DNA of 63,614 bases, filler included, from Collodictyon triciliatum (taxonomy: Eukaryota): assembly GCA_043381765.1 (NCBI GenBank). It is 6 parts of 6 records of this genome, joined end to end, with 100 filler letters (N's around TTAATTAATTAA, not from the genome) between each part and the next. Parts side by side here need not be neighbours in the genome. Positions count along the whole stretch, not along the records: positions 24,199 to 36,188 come from JBHJMP010002261.1; positions 36,289 to 48,272 come from JBHJMP010002262.1; 4 more parts are not named here. The stretch is one strand, 5' to 3'. Under the pieces are notes generated by a model, which saw only the letters and a program-made list of their open reading frames with translations, was not told where the DNA came from and did no database searches. This document shows positions 27,102 to 48,272 of the stretch, one piece after another; position 1 is the stretch's first letter; every line of letters begins with the position of its first letter. The translations under genes were made by a program, and so were the position numbers.

Positions 27102-27523
27102 GTCTTGGTGTGGTATTTTTTTGGGTTATCGATGAATTTTTGTTTTGTTANNNNNNNNNNNNNNNNNNNNNNNNNNNNNNNNNNNNNNNNNNNNNNNNNN
27201 NNNNNNNNNNNNNNNNNNNNNNNNNNNNNNNNNNNNNNNNNNNNNNNNNNNNNNNNNNNNNNNNNNNNNNNNNNNNNNNNNNNNNNNNNNNNNNNNNNNN
27301 NNNNNNNNNNNNNNNNNNNNNNNNNNNNNNNNNNNNNNNNNNNNNNNNNNNNNNNNNNNNNNNNNNNNNNNNNNNNNNNNNNNNNNNNNNNNNNNNNNNN
27401 NNNNNNNNNNNNNNNNNNNNNNNNNNNNNNNNNNNNNNNNNNNNNNNNNNNNNNNNNNNNNNNNNNNNNNNNNNNNNNNNNNNNNNNNNNNNNNNNNNNN
27501 NNNNNNNNNNNNNNNNNACGGAC

Positions 27524-35894
<8,371 letters not shown>

Positions 35895-36016
35895 CTAGAT
35901 TTTGAGTGCATTAAGGTGGCTGCAATTTTTAGACTCAATAAATTGTGCGACCTTCAAGCATAAATTGGAGTCCAGAAAACTCTTTCGATGTTTGCTTTTT
36001 TTTTGTTTTTCTCTTT

Positions 36017-36188
36017 ATTTTCTGTTATTTTCTGTTATTTTCTGTTATTTTCTGTTATTTTCTGTTATTTTCTGTTATTTTCTGTTATTTTTTTCTTTGT
36101 TTCTTTGTTTCTTTGTTTCTTTGTTTCTTTGTTTCTTTGTTTCTTTGTTTCTTTGTTTCTTTGTTTCTTTGTTTCTTTGTTTCTTTGT
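36017..36188 (+). repeat. Compound minisatellite (TTTTCTGTTA)n then (TTCTTTGT)n at scaffold end
   Basis: Visible 10-mer and 8-mer tandem arrays. Confidence 0.9.
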
Positions 36189-36288
36189 NNNNNNNNNNNN
36201 NNNNNNNNNNNNNNNNNNNNNNNNNNNNNNNNTTAATTAATTAANNNNNNNNNNNNNNNNNNNNNNNNNNNNNNNNNNNNNNNNNNNN

Positions 36289-36771
36289 CATTGAAAACCT
36301 ATTCTATTAAAAAAAGTATCTTATTCAAGGACACAAGAAACAGAACGGACCTTCATTTTTATTAGAAAAATGACAAAAAATGGACAATTCCATTGAAAAC
36401 CTATTGAATTAAAAAAGTATCTTATTCAAGGACAGAAGAAACAGAATGGTCCATTTTTTTAATTAGACAAATGACAAAAAATGGAAAATTCCATTGAAAA
36501 CCTATTCTATTAAAAAAAGTATCTTATTCAAGGACACAAGAAACAGAACGGACCTTCATTTTTATTAGAAAAATGACAAAAAAACGGAAAATTCCATTGA
36601 AAACCTATTCTATTAAAAAAAGTATCTTATTCAAGGACACAAGAAACAGAACGGACCTTCATTTTTATTAGAAAAATGACAAAAAATGGACAATTCCATT
36701 GAAAACCTATTGAATTAAAAAAAGTATCTTATTCAAGGACAGAAGAAACAGAATGGTCCATTTTTTTATTA
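36289..36771 (+). repeat. ~102-bp tandem repeat, about 4.7 copies, variant order A-B-A-A-B
   Basis: Units beginning CATTGAAAACCTATT start at 36289, 36391, 36492, 36595 and 36697. Confidence 0.92.
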
Positions 36772-36846
36772 AACTTTTATTTTATATTCTTGTATCAAAA
36801 ACAACAAATAATTTTTTCATTATAATATAAAAAAGCAAAAAAAAAC

Positions 36847-37117
36847 TAACGGCGAACTTTTATTCGATGAGATGTCACCTGTCAATAAGATTAAAAAAAA
36901 ACAGGCTTGCAAAAAAGTAACGGCGACATTTTGTTAGATAGAATGTATCCTCCATCTAAAAAATTGCAAGAAAATCGTTCTCCAAAAAAAAAGTAACGGC
37001 GACCTTTTATTCGATGAGATGTCACCTGTCAATAAGATTAAAAAAAAACAGGCTTACAAAAAGTAACGGCGACATTTTGTTATATAGAATGTATCCTCCA
37101 TCTAAAAATTGAAAAGA
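36847..37117 (+). repeat. ~147-bp direct duplication made of two diverged ~72-bp subunits, each starting TAACGGCGA
   Basis: TAACGGCGA at 36847, 36918, 36994 and 37064; copies 1/3 and 2/4 are nearly identical. Confidence 0.85.
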
Positions 37118-37521
37118 AATTGGATTGTAAAAAAGGAATGATATTTTATTTTTAAGATCCAATTTTCAATATAGAGTAAAAACACACAAAATACAACCAT
37201 AATCATCTACATTGCAAATAAATATTTCATTGGTTAATATATAGACGTATAATAGAGAATTAGAAAAGATTTTTTCAAAGACAGTTGATCTAAAATTAAA
37301 AAAACTTATTTTAAACTTGATACTGACCTGGTATCGATACCACATGATTTTTATTTTATTTGATCCATATATACCAGATGAAATACTAAACACGATTATC
37401 CCTCTTATATCAATACAGTCATATGAATAATGGTTGATAGTAACAAAATAATTCTAATACATAGTATTTTCTATTTTCAGTCTTTTTTGAATACATTATA
37501 ATAATTGCTAATATAGGAAAA

Positions 37522-40500
37522 ATGAATAGAATGAAAGCGAAGGTTATTCTTGCTTTTATTTATGCAATCACACTGAAAGCCAATGCAGCAAGAGGGGCGA
37601 TAGGAAGTATATTTTATACCAATTCCACCTCTGAATGTTATTTTTTGATAAATATTTCAAAAAACACATATATATATCCAAAAAAAACACATTGCAGAAA
37701 TCGAAATGAATCATCAAAACCCTCCTCTTAAGATTGGACGTATCAATCTATGGAACCAATGACCCACCAGAGTACTGCTGCTGTTGCTAGAGGAGAACTA
37801 ATTTACTTTGTTGGAGACGAGTAATAATTTATTCATCTTTAATGGAATACATCATATCAAAAAATTCGAAATCCCTTCGGTTCCTATGAATGAATCTAAC
37901 AACACTGAAAATAATGAAGAGGGAATGCAGAATATGAATCCTCAATTCCAATATTCGAGAGGCTTTGGATATTCAATACAAGTTGTATTTAGATTTATTT
38001 CTTTTATTGATACTCATAATTAAATTTATATTGATATATTAAATTCGGCTTCGTTGGGGTTCTATAAAAATAATTCTTTAAAAAATACTATAGCAAGCCT
38101 TACTTGGAGATGGGAAATGACAAAAGGAGTATACCCCGAACGCAGATTATTTTATTGCTCGTCTATTATTAGAAACAAGGTTTATTCTCATTTACTAGGA
38201 TAGAGTATTTTTATTTCAAATTCCACACTAACATGTAAGCCTAAATTTTATAAACATCTTCACCATCCTGCACAAAATTGAAAGGAAGAATAAAAAAGTC
38301 TAAATTTTATATTGAATAACTTTAATTTTAACCCCTCTTATATTATCTGATATGCTAGTTTTACATATTCGGCGGATCGTTGTGGAAAGGGTTTATCAAT
38401 GCCAATGACCTTCTATCCCTAAATCTTGATACGTACGAATGGGAGAATGTGAAATTTTTATCCCCGAACGCAATAAAGCCCGCGAGCAAAATCAGTTGTG
38501 CCACCTATAAAAATGAAATATATGTTTATGGAGGAACAAATGGGTACATAGAATACAACTTTTGGGTTTTCAATACGGGTATGTTTCTCTTACATAAAGA
38601 GAATGGGCATATGAATGCTTTTACATAAATGAAAAAAAAAATGTTCAATTTTTTTTAGAAACCTCTATGTGGAGGGCCTATCATTCAGGATTGCAAAAAA
38701 ACGATGAAAATCAGGCTTTACTTCGATTTACTCAAATGGAGACTTACAAGGACACTCTAATATTTTTTGGTGGGATGGACGCATATGATATTTTCCATTC
38801 CAAAGTTTGGACCTTCAACATGAGTAAAATTTTCAAAAATTTTTTTTATAGAATGGATATAATATTAATTATGAAAATATTTTTAAGCTTCAAATTCTTT
38901 CATAGCAAGTTTGAAATGGTATCCGCCAGTTGATATTCCATTACAAGCGGTTATATTTGCTGCCCCGGTAATACATAAAGACAAAATGTTTATTTTTGGG
39001 GGTGCATATGACAGCGGAGGTTCCAAGCACACGAATGATGTTATTGTTTATGATTTAAGTAATCTTAATATATCTTTTAAAGTTTTGTCTCAATAACGAA
39101 ATGAAAAGAGATTTTGGTATACTTTCTAACAGATTATTCTTCTATTATGTTTACTTTCTATTAATTCTAAACACTTTTTTTGTTCTTTGGATTTGTTGTT
39201 TGAATGTCAATTTAGAAAAAAATACCGTTGATGTCCGAAAATTTCCCATTCCAAACTATTTGGAGACTTATCCAATCAAAGCGGCATCGCCTAGAATCAT
39301 GCCAGCATTTTCTAGAGTTGAGGATAAGATTTACTACTTTGGAGGTCAATCGCCAACAACAAGAATAAATGATGTTTGGGTGCTTGATACAAGTATAAAT
39401 TAATTATAATTCGCCATCCATTCCAATTATTTTCTTAAAATAAAACACGTCGTTAGAAAAAAACCTCCATTTCAATCTTTCATCTACTCTATGCTCTTTG
39501 AAAAATCCACTTCTCTGTTAAGAATTTTACACTCTAGATACTGTAACATGGATAAATAGTAGCAATTCGCTTTATCCGGTTGGAAGGATAAACCCTCATA
39601 TTGCATCCATGAACGAAAACATAATATATATGTTTGGAGGGGAAATAAGACTTTTCCTTACATCTCAGCCCATAAACGATCTATGGGCTTTTGACATAAG
39701 TACACCGAAAAAAAAACTTTTTTATGAATGTACATTTATATGCATATTTTTTTCTTTTGAGATATTGATTAATATATAAAATTTAGATTCAATGAAATGG
39801 AAAAGATTAAAAGAAGAAGTTGTGTGTCTCCCTTCCCAAGATGACTGTGCTCCAGCTGTTTTATATGCTGTATATTATCTAGATAAACGAACCCATGAAT
39901 GCATTTTCTTTATCTCCCATAAACTAAATATATGAAAATAAAGATAATTATAATAATACACATCTAACCATTTGTAACATTCTATTTCTGAAGGCTTTTG
40001 GAGGCTATGAAAATAGTCTTTATCTCATCGGTGGATCCTTCCCTTGGCCATATAAGCCGGTTTTTAAAAGATTTTCTTTGTGTAATATTCACAAATCATA
40101 CATATCAGAATATAATCTATTTCAAATTTAATATTATTCATAGTAAAAACATTTATAACAAAGCTCTTGGAAAATGGCTCAACATGGAGGGTATTGGAAA
40201 CGATGGAATGGAATTTGGTATACGCTTCAACTCTGCCTATTCGTCGATTGGCTCAAAATTTTACATATGGGGCGGGACGAATTCTGATAATACTCCGATA
40301 TCAAATGGAACATATATATACGACTTTGAAACAAAGAAGGGTCGCATACTCTACACCCAATCCCAAAGTCCAATCATCCGAAAGAATCCGCAAGGATTTT
40401 CTGTGAATGAGAATTTTTGTTTCATAGATACATGGATAAGTGATACTTTGATTGACAGAGAATTGTGGTGCCTAACAAAAGGTTCTTTTTTCAACTCATT

Positions 40501-43500
40501 AATTTATAATATATCTAAAGAAAATGAAAATTCTTTTAAAAAATATTTTGAATTGTTCTGATAGAACTGAAAAATCTAATACGTTTTTTTGTTATAGAGA
40601 TATCATGGGTAATGAAAGGAAAGATTCCTAAAGAAATACCAGACAAAGCTGTTGTTCTAGGATATTATACAAGTTTGATGACTTTTGGTGGAATGGATAA
40701 GAATGGAATCATATATAATGACTTTTGGATGAATGACAGTAACATTTCTATCTATCTCCCCTTTTGAGAAATAATTATAAAACAAGTATTGGAGTACATG
40801 ACTTTTAGAAAATTAATTTTGGTTTCCAATCGGCGATTACAGTTGATACATGGAAATGGGAGAAGTTGACAGGACAACAAAGAACAGCTCCTATGATTGC
40901 CTTTTCAAGGGCTCTTATAAAATCAGGAACAATATTCATGCTTTCAGGAAGTATCCGAAGATTTACGAAAAGAACAGCAACTGTCTATTCCATGTCTCTG
41001 AGTGAGTATTTCTTTAGAAAACACCCTTCAATATTTCTGAAAATTTGAATGGAATGTGATATATATATATATATATGATTAGACGATTTCTGGTGCCGAG
41101 GTGTCGAAACGATTGATAGCTCCTCTTTTATCGTTTCCGATGGAAGTCGGGATTTTAAATACTTCCCTGGGACGGATTGTTCATGGAACATCCAAAAAAC
41201 AAACTTTATGATAGTACGTAAACATTTTTATATTTTTTTCAATTTTTTTTTCTGGATGGCGCTGATGTTGGCATGATATTAAATAAATATATATTATATT
41301 TTTTTCTTTATTTTGTATTCTAAAAAAGTTCTTGTAGATTAAAAATATGAAAGTCAGCGGAGGAGCTACATTATATCTAGAAACGACATCAGAATGTGAT
41401 AAGGATATATTAGTAGATAATATGAATTACAGATCGGTTAGTTTACTTCCGTGTATATTAATAAAAATATTTTGATTTAAATGGATTATGTTGACTTCCG
41501 ATTTTAATTTCATTAAATTACAAGAAAACAGTCAACAAAAAATCGGATATTCAAAATCCATTAAATTTAATAGATCGATATAAGTAAATTGAAAATCAGT
41601 AGCCCAATACAAATACCATCCGAAAATTCTCGCCTTACATTTAAAGTCCCTATCGATGCCATCAGTGACCAAGGATTTGATATCAAACTATTTTGTATAC
41701 AACTTAATTACCCATCTCCATGTATTACGATACTTGTATATTGCGCAGATTTCTAAACACTTTATAATTATTTCTTTTTTTTTAGATTGCAACAAAGGAT
41801 TCAGTGCAAGAGAGAATGGTTGTTATTGCGAGAAAGAAAGATACATTAATTTCCGAAGAGATTGCGTTCCTTGTCCTTCAGGAAGTTCTCAACCCTTGAC
41901 TGATCAGGTTTTCATCATCATTATCCTTTCATAATATTTTAGCGATATAAAAAGGATATATAAATAAAACTTAGATTTTAATATAATTTTTTTTATTAAA
42001 AACGAATACAGACCTTCTGTGCATATTTGAATGAAACGGAGCCTTTAACTAAAAGTGAGTTTTATTTTATTATTGATTTTGACTTTTCTAACTTGTATCC
42101 TACATAAAAAATATTTCAACTGATACCATTTTCTAACCAACATCTCCACCATCATCCAAAAAATTGAAAGGAGGAATAAAAAAAAACTAAGAACTCTCTC
42201 TCACTCTCCCTCTCTAATCCAATAGATATCGACATTATTTCTCCAGGAGAAATGATGGAGATTAGCTCTTTTATCCCTCCCATTGCATACGGAAGGATGA
42301 TATCTCTTGAAGAAACGATATTTCTCCTTGGTGGAAGTTCATCCATTGATTCAAATCTGTTAAATCTTTACTACCCTATGGACATAGTTTACCAAACAAA
42401 AACCATAGGTATTTTTTTTTGTACTTATCCTTAAATTAAAAAATAAAAAATTATAAACTACATGTTTTCATATTTAAAATATTTTATAGTAAAATCGACA
42501 TGGACAACAAAAAAAATCAAGGGAGATATTCCATCAAGCAGAGTTCATTTTTGCTTGACTGAGAAAGGAGAATACGGGGTTTTAATGGGGGGCCAAACGA
42601 AATGGAAAGATGATTATATCTACCACTTCTTTCCAAAAACTGAGATGTGGAAAAAAATGTACAACAATCCATACCATCGGATTGGATCCTCTTGTGTAAA
42701 CAACAAAGATGAAATTTTTGTTTACGGAGGAAAAGACGTAATTTTCGTACATATGAATTAAATTACGAGAAAATTGTATTCCGTATCCAAAACTTGTACT
42801 ATATTCCACAACCCTCAATCAAAAATAAAGTCTATGAAAAAATCACGGAAACACTTAATACATATGAAATTAATCATAGAGAAATGGAAGATATGACGGA
42901 TCTGTCTACATTTACAGTCCAGGTATTTTATATGAAAACATTCTACCTATGATATTCTATTTATCTAAATGTATAGATAAATATAATATCCTCTCTATTT
43001 GAAAAACTATTTTATAAATATTAAAAAAAAGTAGAGTACTTATGAAAATTGATTATAATCGAATTCAACATTTTATTTTCATAAAAAAGACTGTAAAAAA
43101 AATCATGCTTAGATAAAGGAAATTGGAGAGCTTTGAATGTAGCTGACGGATTGCCTAGACTATCATTCTCTTCTATGATAGTAAATAAAAACAGAATCGT
43201 CATATTCGGAGGCTTCGATGGTTCAAAGGAAAACGGATACGTTTATTATTTTCAATATGGTAAGAATTGATTGAAAATCCAAAGATTTAAATCAGAAATA
43301 TTTCGGAGCATTTTATGCAATAGAATTAATATTTTGTCAAATTTTTAATTCGAAGATGACCAAGAGATCCAAGTAAAGAATTCTCTGGTGACATTGAATG
43401 AATGTAACATTTGCAATGAAGAAGGAGGTATTTGTGACTTTTCAAGACAATCATTTTCATATGGAGTCTATGAGAACGAACTTCACATTTTTGGAGGAAT

Positions 43501-46500
43501 AAGAGAAGGAGAAGTCCTACAAGACCTGATAGTGATTAACACAGGTATAAATAATAATAAACTGAATCATAATCTAAAACAACCCGAAAAAAAATATTTC
43601 CGTGTTTTGCACAGCTGGGGAAGCATTCAAAATATTTCAATGTCAGAACATTTTTAATAATAAAGAATATATCAATATAGAAACTTTCCAAGTAGATTAC
43701 AGGATAAACTATGGACTTAAAAACCCGATTCTACCAATATCCTTTCCACCTCCGAAGCACGGAGCCTCTTACATTTCCAATCAATCATCCTTACTAATAA
43801 TCGGGGGATCTAGTGCAAGCAATTTAGTAGGAAATGACGTCTGGACATGGGATACAAGTAATACGAATTAAAATAAAATCTACTTTTATTATAATTCTGA
43901 ATTATTTAAATAAGAATCAAATCAGAAAATAATATGAATGTACCCTTTCCATTATACTTGCTAAATCTTCTGCACCTTTTTTTTTCTTACTTCGGAAATA
44001 AAGGTATCAAGACTTGGTCTGACACATCAATAAGACTGACACCTATTCACAGGACCGAACCTTCTTTTGCGCTATTAGACAATACAACATTCATAATATT
44101 TGGAGGGGTAACTGAATACCTTGAAGAGTTACTTCTTAATGATTTATGGACTTTTAATATCGGTAACAGCTTTTTTTGACTCAATTATTCTTTTTTTCTC
44201 CTTTATTCGATTCAAAGTTTCGACTCAATTATTCTTATTTTCTGAAGAAAAAAAAAAGAATTTAATGAAACATACGAAACCATGTGCAATCGAAAAATAC
44301 CTCTCATAGACTTAACATTTATTGAGTATTGTATATTTGAAATTAGATAATCAAGAATGGAAATGCCTTTTCATTGAATCTGAGCTAGGCCCTCCACCAA
44401 GATCAGGAGCTTTAATTTCAGTTTATTCAAATAGAGTTTATCTTATCTCAGGGAGAACAAAAATTAGAGATTTTGCAGAGAAATTATGGATATTTGATAT
44501 AGGTACCTTTTACAAATTAGTTTTATTTTTGTAATTAACCGTCTTTTTTTAATAATATTTTTAATCTTGTATCAATGGAACCCTTAGGAAAAATGTCTTG
44601 GATCCAAGAAACTTACCATCAAGACTTGTCAATATATCAGAGGCCTTTCTATAGAGACGGTTTAAGTTTTATTACTATAGATCAAGATATTTTTATATGG
44701 GGCGGTAAAGTAAGTGATATCATTTATTTTCATTTTATGACCTTTGCGGTCTTTTTTTTTCATTCGACTTGTAGCTTGGAATACACCTTAATAAAATAAA
44801 ATCTACCCTATGTCGACATTTCACAAGTTTCTCTATTTAGATTATATCAGGAACAGACACAAAAGAGTTCTATTCCGCTGTAATGATATTTGACATCAAG
44901 AACAGGGAACTGAAATCTTCAATGATTGGTGGAATCATCCCTGTAAATTCTTCTTTGATATCATTTTTAAATCTTAAAGTTGAAATACTTTCCCTTGAAT
45001 ATAACACAGGAAATAAAATCAATTGAATTAATAAATGATTATCTGATCTTCCAGAAAAAAAGACTATACCACTCCATGTGTGAACTGGATGTTGATAATA
45101 TATTAATGATTGGAGGCGTCGATTTTTCTGGAAATGTTTTAGATGATTATTGGATCTATAACAAAAGTAAAAATAATTCCTTTTTTTTTCATTCAATCAT
45201 CGGATTTTCTCTCATTTTCTCTGTGCATCAAACTGTACCGAAATGATTTTTTCCTTTATTCGATAAATTGCATTCAAAAGATAAAACATAGGCTAATAGT
45301 TTTTTTTAAAAAAAAGGACAACAAAAATGGAGCCAGTTATTTTTAAATGGAAGTGATTCAACAGCGCCAATATCCCAACATCTCTGTTCATACTTTGGAG
45401 AATATAATACGATATTCGGGGTTGATCCTGTCACAGGAAAGTCTGTATCGAAGATGATTCAAATCGGTAATTATATTGATCAAATCGATAGTATTAAATC
45501 TTCTCTTCTCTCTTTATTTATACATATATAGTGGAACAATTTTAAGTTGTAACCCTATACAATAGAAATTTTAAAAAAAAAAGATTAATCTTAATCAAAC
45601 TTGATGTAGATTTTATGGTTGAATCTATGCTTCTCCAATCGAATAGAATAATTGGCTATGATTCCATTTCAAAGAATAACGGAGGTGTACTTAATGACTG
45701 CATGGTTTTCTTTGGCGGGAAAAATGATTATTCCAGGACCAATCAAGTTGTCATCTATAAACCAGGTCATAAATAAAAACTATCCCAAAAAACGACGAAA
45801 AAAAAATAAACACTTTTTTGATAAAATGGCATTCCAAGTACCATTTTTATTGACCAAATCAAAATACATTAGGTTTTTGCTCTTCTGTCTTAGTATCTGA
45901 AATTAATAGCAACTTCATTGCTCAAGAGTTTGAAGATGGAAGCGGGATAGCTATGTATCTTACAAATACCAATTGTACCTGGATACTGGCAAATGCGACA
46001 CATATAAGAGTGGAAAAAAGGATACGAAAGCAAGACATGTGAATAATCCACTTTTCCTTTCAATTGTGAATACTAAACTATGAAAAATTAATAATTATTA
46101 AGATAAAATTATAGTTTAGAGATAAAGTCATTGGATACCGGCAATCAAGTATTTGATCTTGATAAAAACAATGAGAATGTATATCATTCTACAAAGGGAT
46201 TCCAGATAAAATTCATTACAGCTTCTGATAAACATAATCTTAAAAATGTTCCTTGTCAAGGATGCGAAGGATTTTCCATAATACATGCTAGTAAATATTA
46301 CCTTTAATCTAAATAGACAACGTAACATGATACATTATTGATAAAAAAACTGATTTTTATTGATGAAAAATAGAATGCCCAAAAAATGGATATTTAGATG
46401 CAACAACTAGATCATGTCTATGTAACCACCGATATAAATTAAATCAGGTTATTCAATAAAACAGATACGTGTTATAATAGTATATATATATATATAGTTT

Positions 46501-48272
46501 AATAAGACATTTATAGTCACTTATGATTTTTTCAATCTATATAGGATGTATGCGAGGAAGGTGGTTAAACAATTTTTTTATGGAAAACGGAAACAAAAAA
46601 AAAAGAATTCATATAATCAATTGAAACAATTCAATAAGCGCCAACATTAAACTGACGATTTAATGTCCTTACCGTAGATCAAGACATTGAAAGATTTCCC
46701 TACTTTTTGGTCATTGGATGTGTCGTTGGATTTACTACGGTTGGATTGATCTGTGTTTTTCTGGTCTATCGAAAAGGTATTATCAAGAAGATGAGAGATG
46801 CTGAAAAAAAACTATACGGGGTTATCGACCACAATGAGCTCGTATATGGAAAAATACTTGGTGCTGGTGGATTCGGGGAGGTATTGTTAAACTTGTATTT
46901 AAATGCTTTTTGTTTTACCAAACCAAATTCATTGTAACGATCTCTTCCTTAAGGTTTACAGAGGTACATGGAGGGGGACTGATGTAGCCATTAAAAAGCT
47001 TCTTAATAAGAATATAACCAAGGCAGCTATAGAGGAATTTGAAGCTGAAGTCAGTGTAATGGTGTAAGAATTTGAATCATCGACCCTAACCCAAAAAAAA
47101 CTGATTCGTATAATTATTGAATTTAAATCGATTGCATTATTTATTCTATTTTTATTTAGAGAATTGCGACATCCAAACATTGTTTTGTTTATGGCTGCTT
47201 GCGTAGATCCCAAATTCTTATGTATTGTTTCCGAATTCATGGTTCTTGGAAGCTTGTATGATGTATGGTTCACATTCTTAGATTTTACTTGATAATGATG
47301 AATTTATCAGGTTTATAAAACGTTTTATTAATTGGTGAAAAATGGAATAGATACTCCACAATAATTGCGTAGACATTGATGAAAATATGAAGTATTCCTT
47401 TATAAATGACGCGGCAAAGGGTAATTTCTTTACGGCAATCTTTTTTATACTAGCCCTAACGCTAAAATACATTTTCTTAACACCATGAAATGAAAAATAG
47501 GTCTACAGTACCTTCACTTATCAAATCCTTCTATTCTCCACAGAGATCTGAAAAGCCCTAATCTATTGGTAGTTAATATATTAAAATCCTGTTAAAATTC
47601 ATAATAAAATTAAACTTTCTAAGGAATGATTTAACAATCCTAGCTTGATGAAAGGTTCAATTGCAAAATCAGGTATTTGATTTTTTACTAGATTACACAT
47701 TTTTTTATATAAAACCCTTTCAGGATACAACAATTACATAAAACTAACCCTTTATTTCATTACATTAAAGTGATTTCGGACTCAGTGGAGTGCAAACAAC
47801 TTTAAAGAAAAACTCGGCTCTACCAGGGACTCTTCTTTGGATGGCACCTGAAGTTATCAGAGGAGAAGAATATACAATGAAATCAGATATTTATAGCTTC
47901 GGTATCATCATATGGGAAATCATCAGTAGACAAGAGCTCTACCCGGTTTCTTATAATTATTTTTTCAATAATTAATTTTTTTTAATGCCTATGAAACGAA
48001 TGATTATTTCAAATATTTGTAAAATTTTGTTATATCAGGGCGAATTGGCGGAATCGGTGATCTACAGAGTTCAGGAAGGGACTCTGAGGCCAAGCTTTTT
48101 ACCTGAATATGAATGCACGGAAGATTTAAAACTTCTTTCAGAAAAATGCTGGTCTCATGATCCGAAAGAGAGACCTACATTCAGTGAAATAACACGGCAG
48201 ATAAGTCTTAAAAGAAATGAATCGGCGTCCAATTCTTTCACCTCTGGTTCTATGACTAGTACCAAAAAAAAT
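37522..48272 (+). CDS. Single-pass receptor kinase: signal peptide - 12 Kelch - CUB - Cys-rich (GCC2/GCC3-like) - 12 Kelch - CUB - EGF-like - TM - TKL kinase (3' truncated)
   Basis: Hydrophobic N-terminus; repeated xxGG...W Kelch exons; CUB-like SDGSRDFKYFPGTDCSWNI and EDGSGIAMYLTNTNCTWIL; CVPCPSGSSQPLTDQTFC; TM LVIGCVVGFTTVGLICVFLVY-RK; kinase GAGGFG, VAIKKL, HRDLKSPN, DFG, GTLLWMAPE. Confidence 0.88.

Noticed and set aside
36289-37117. Possible CRISPR-like array
   Set aside because: Whole units are repeated with no unique spacers, there are no cas genes, and the context is eukaryotic.
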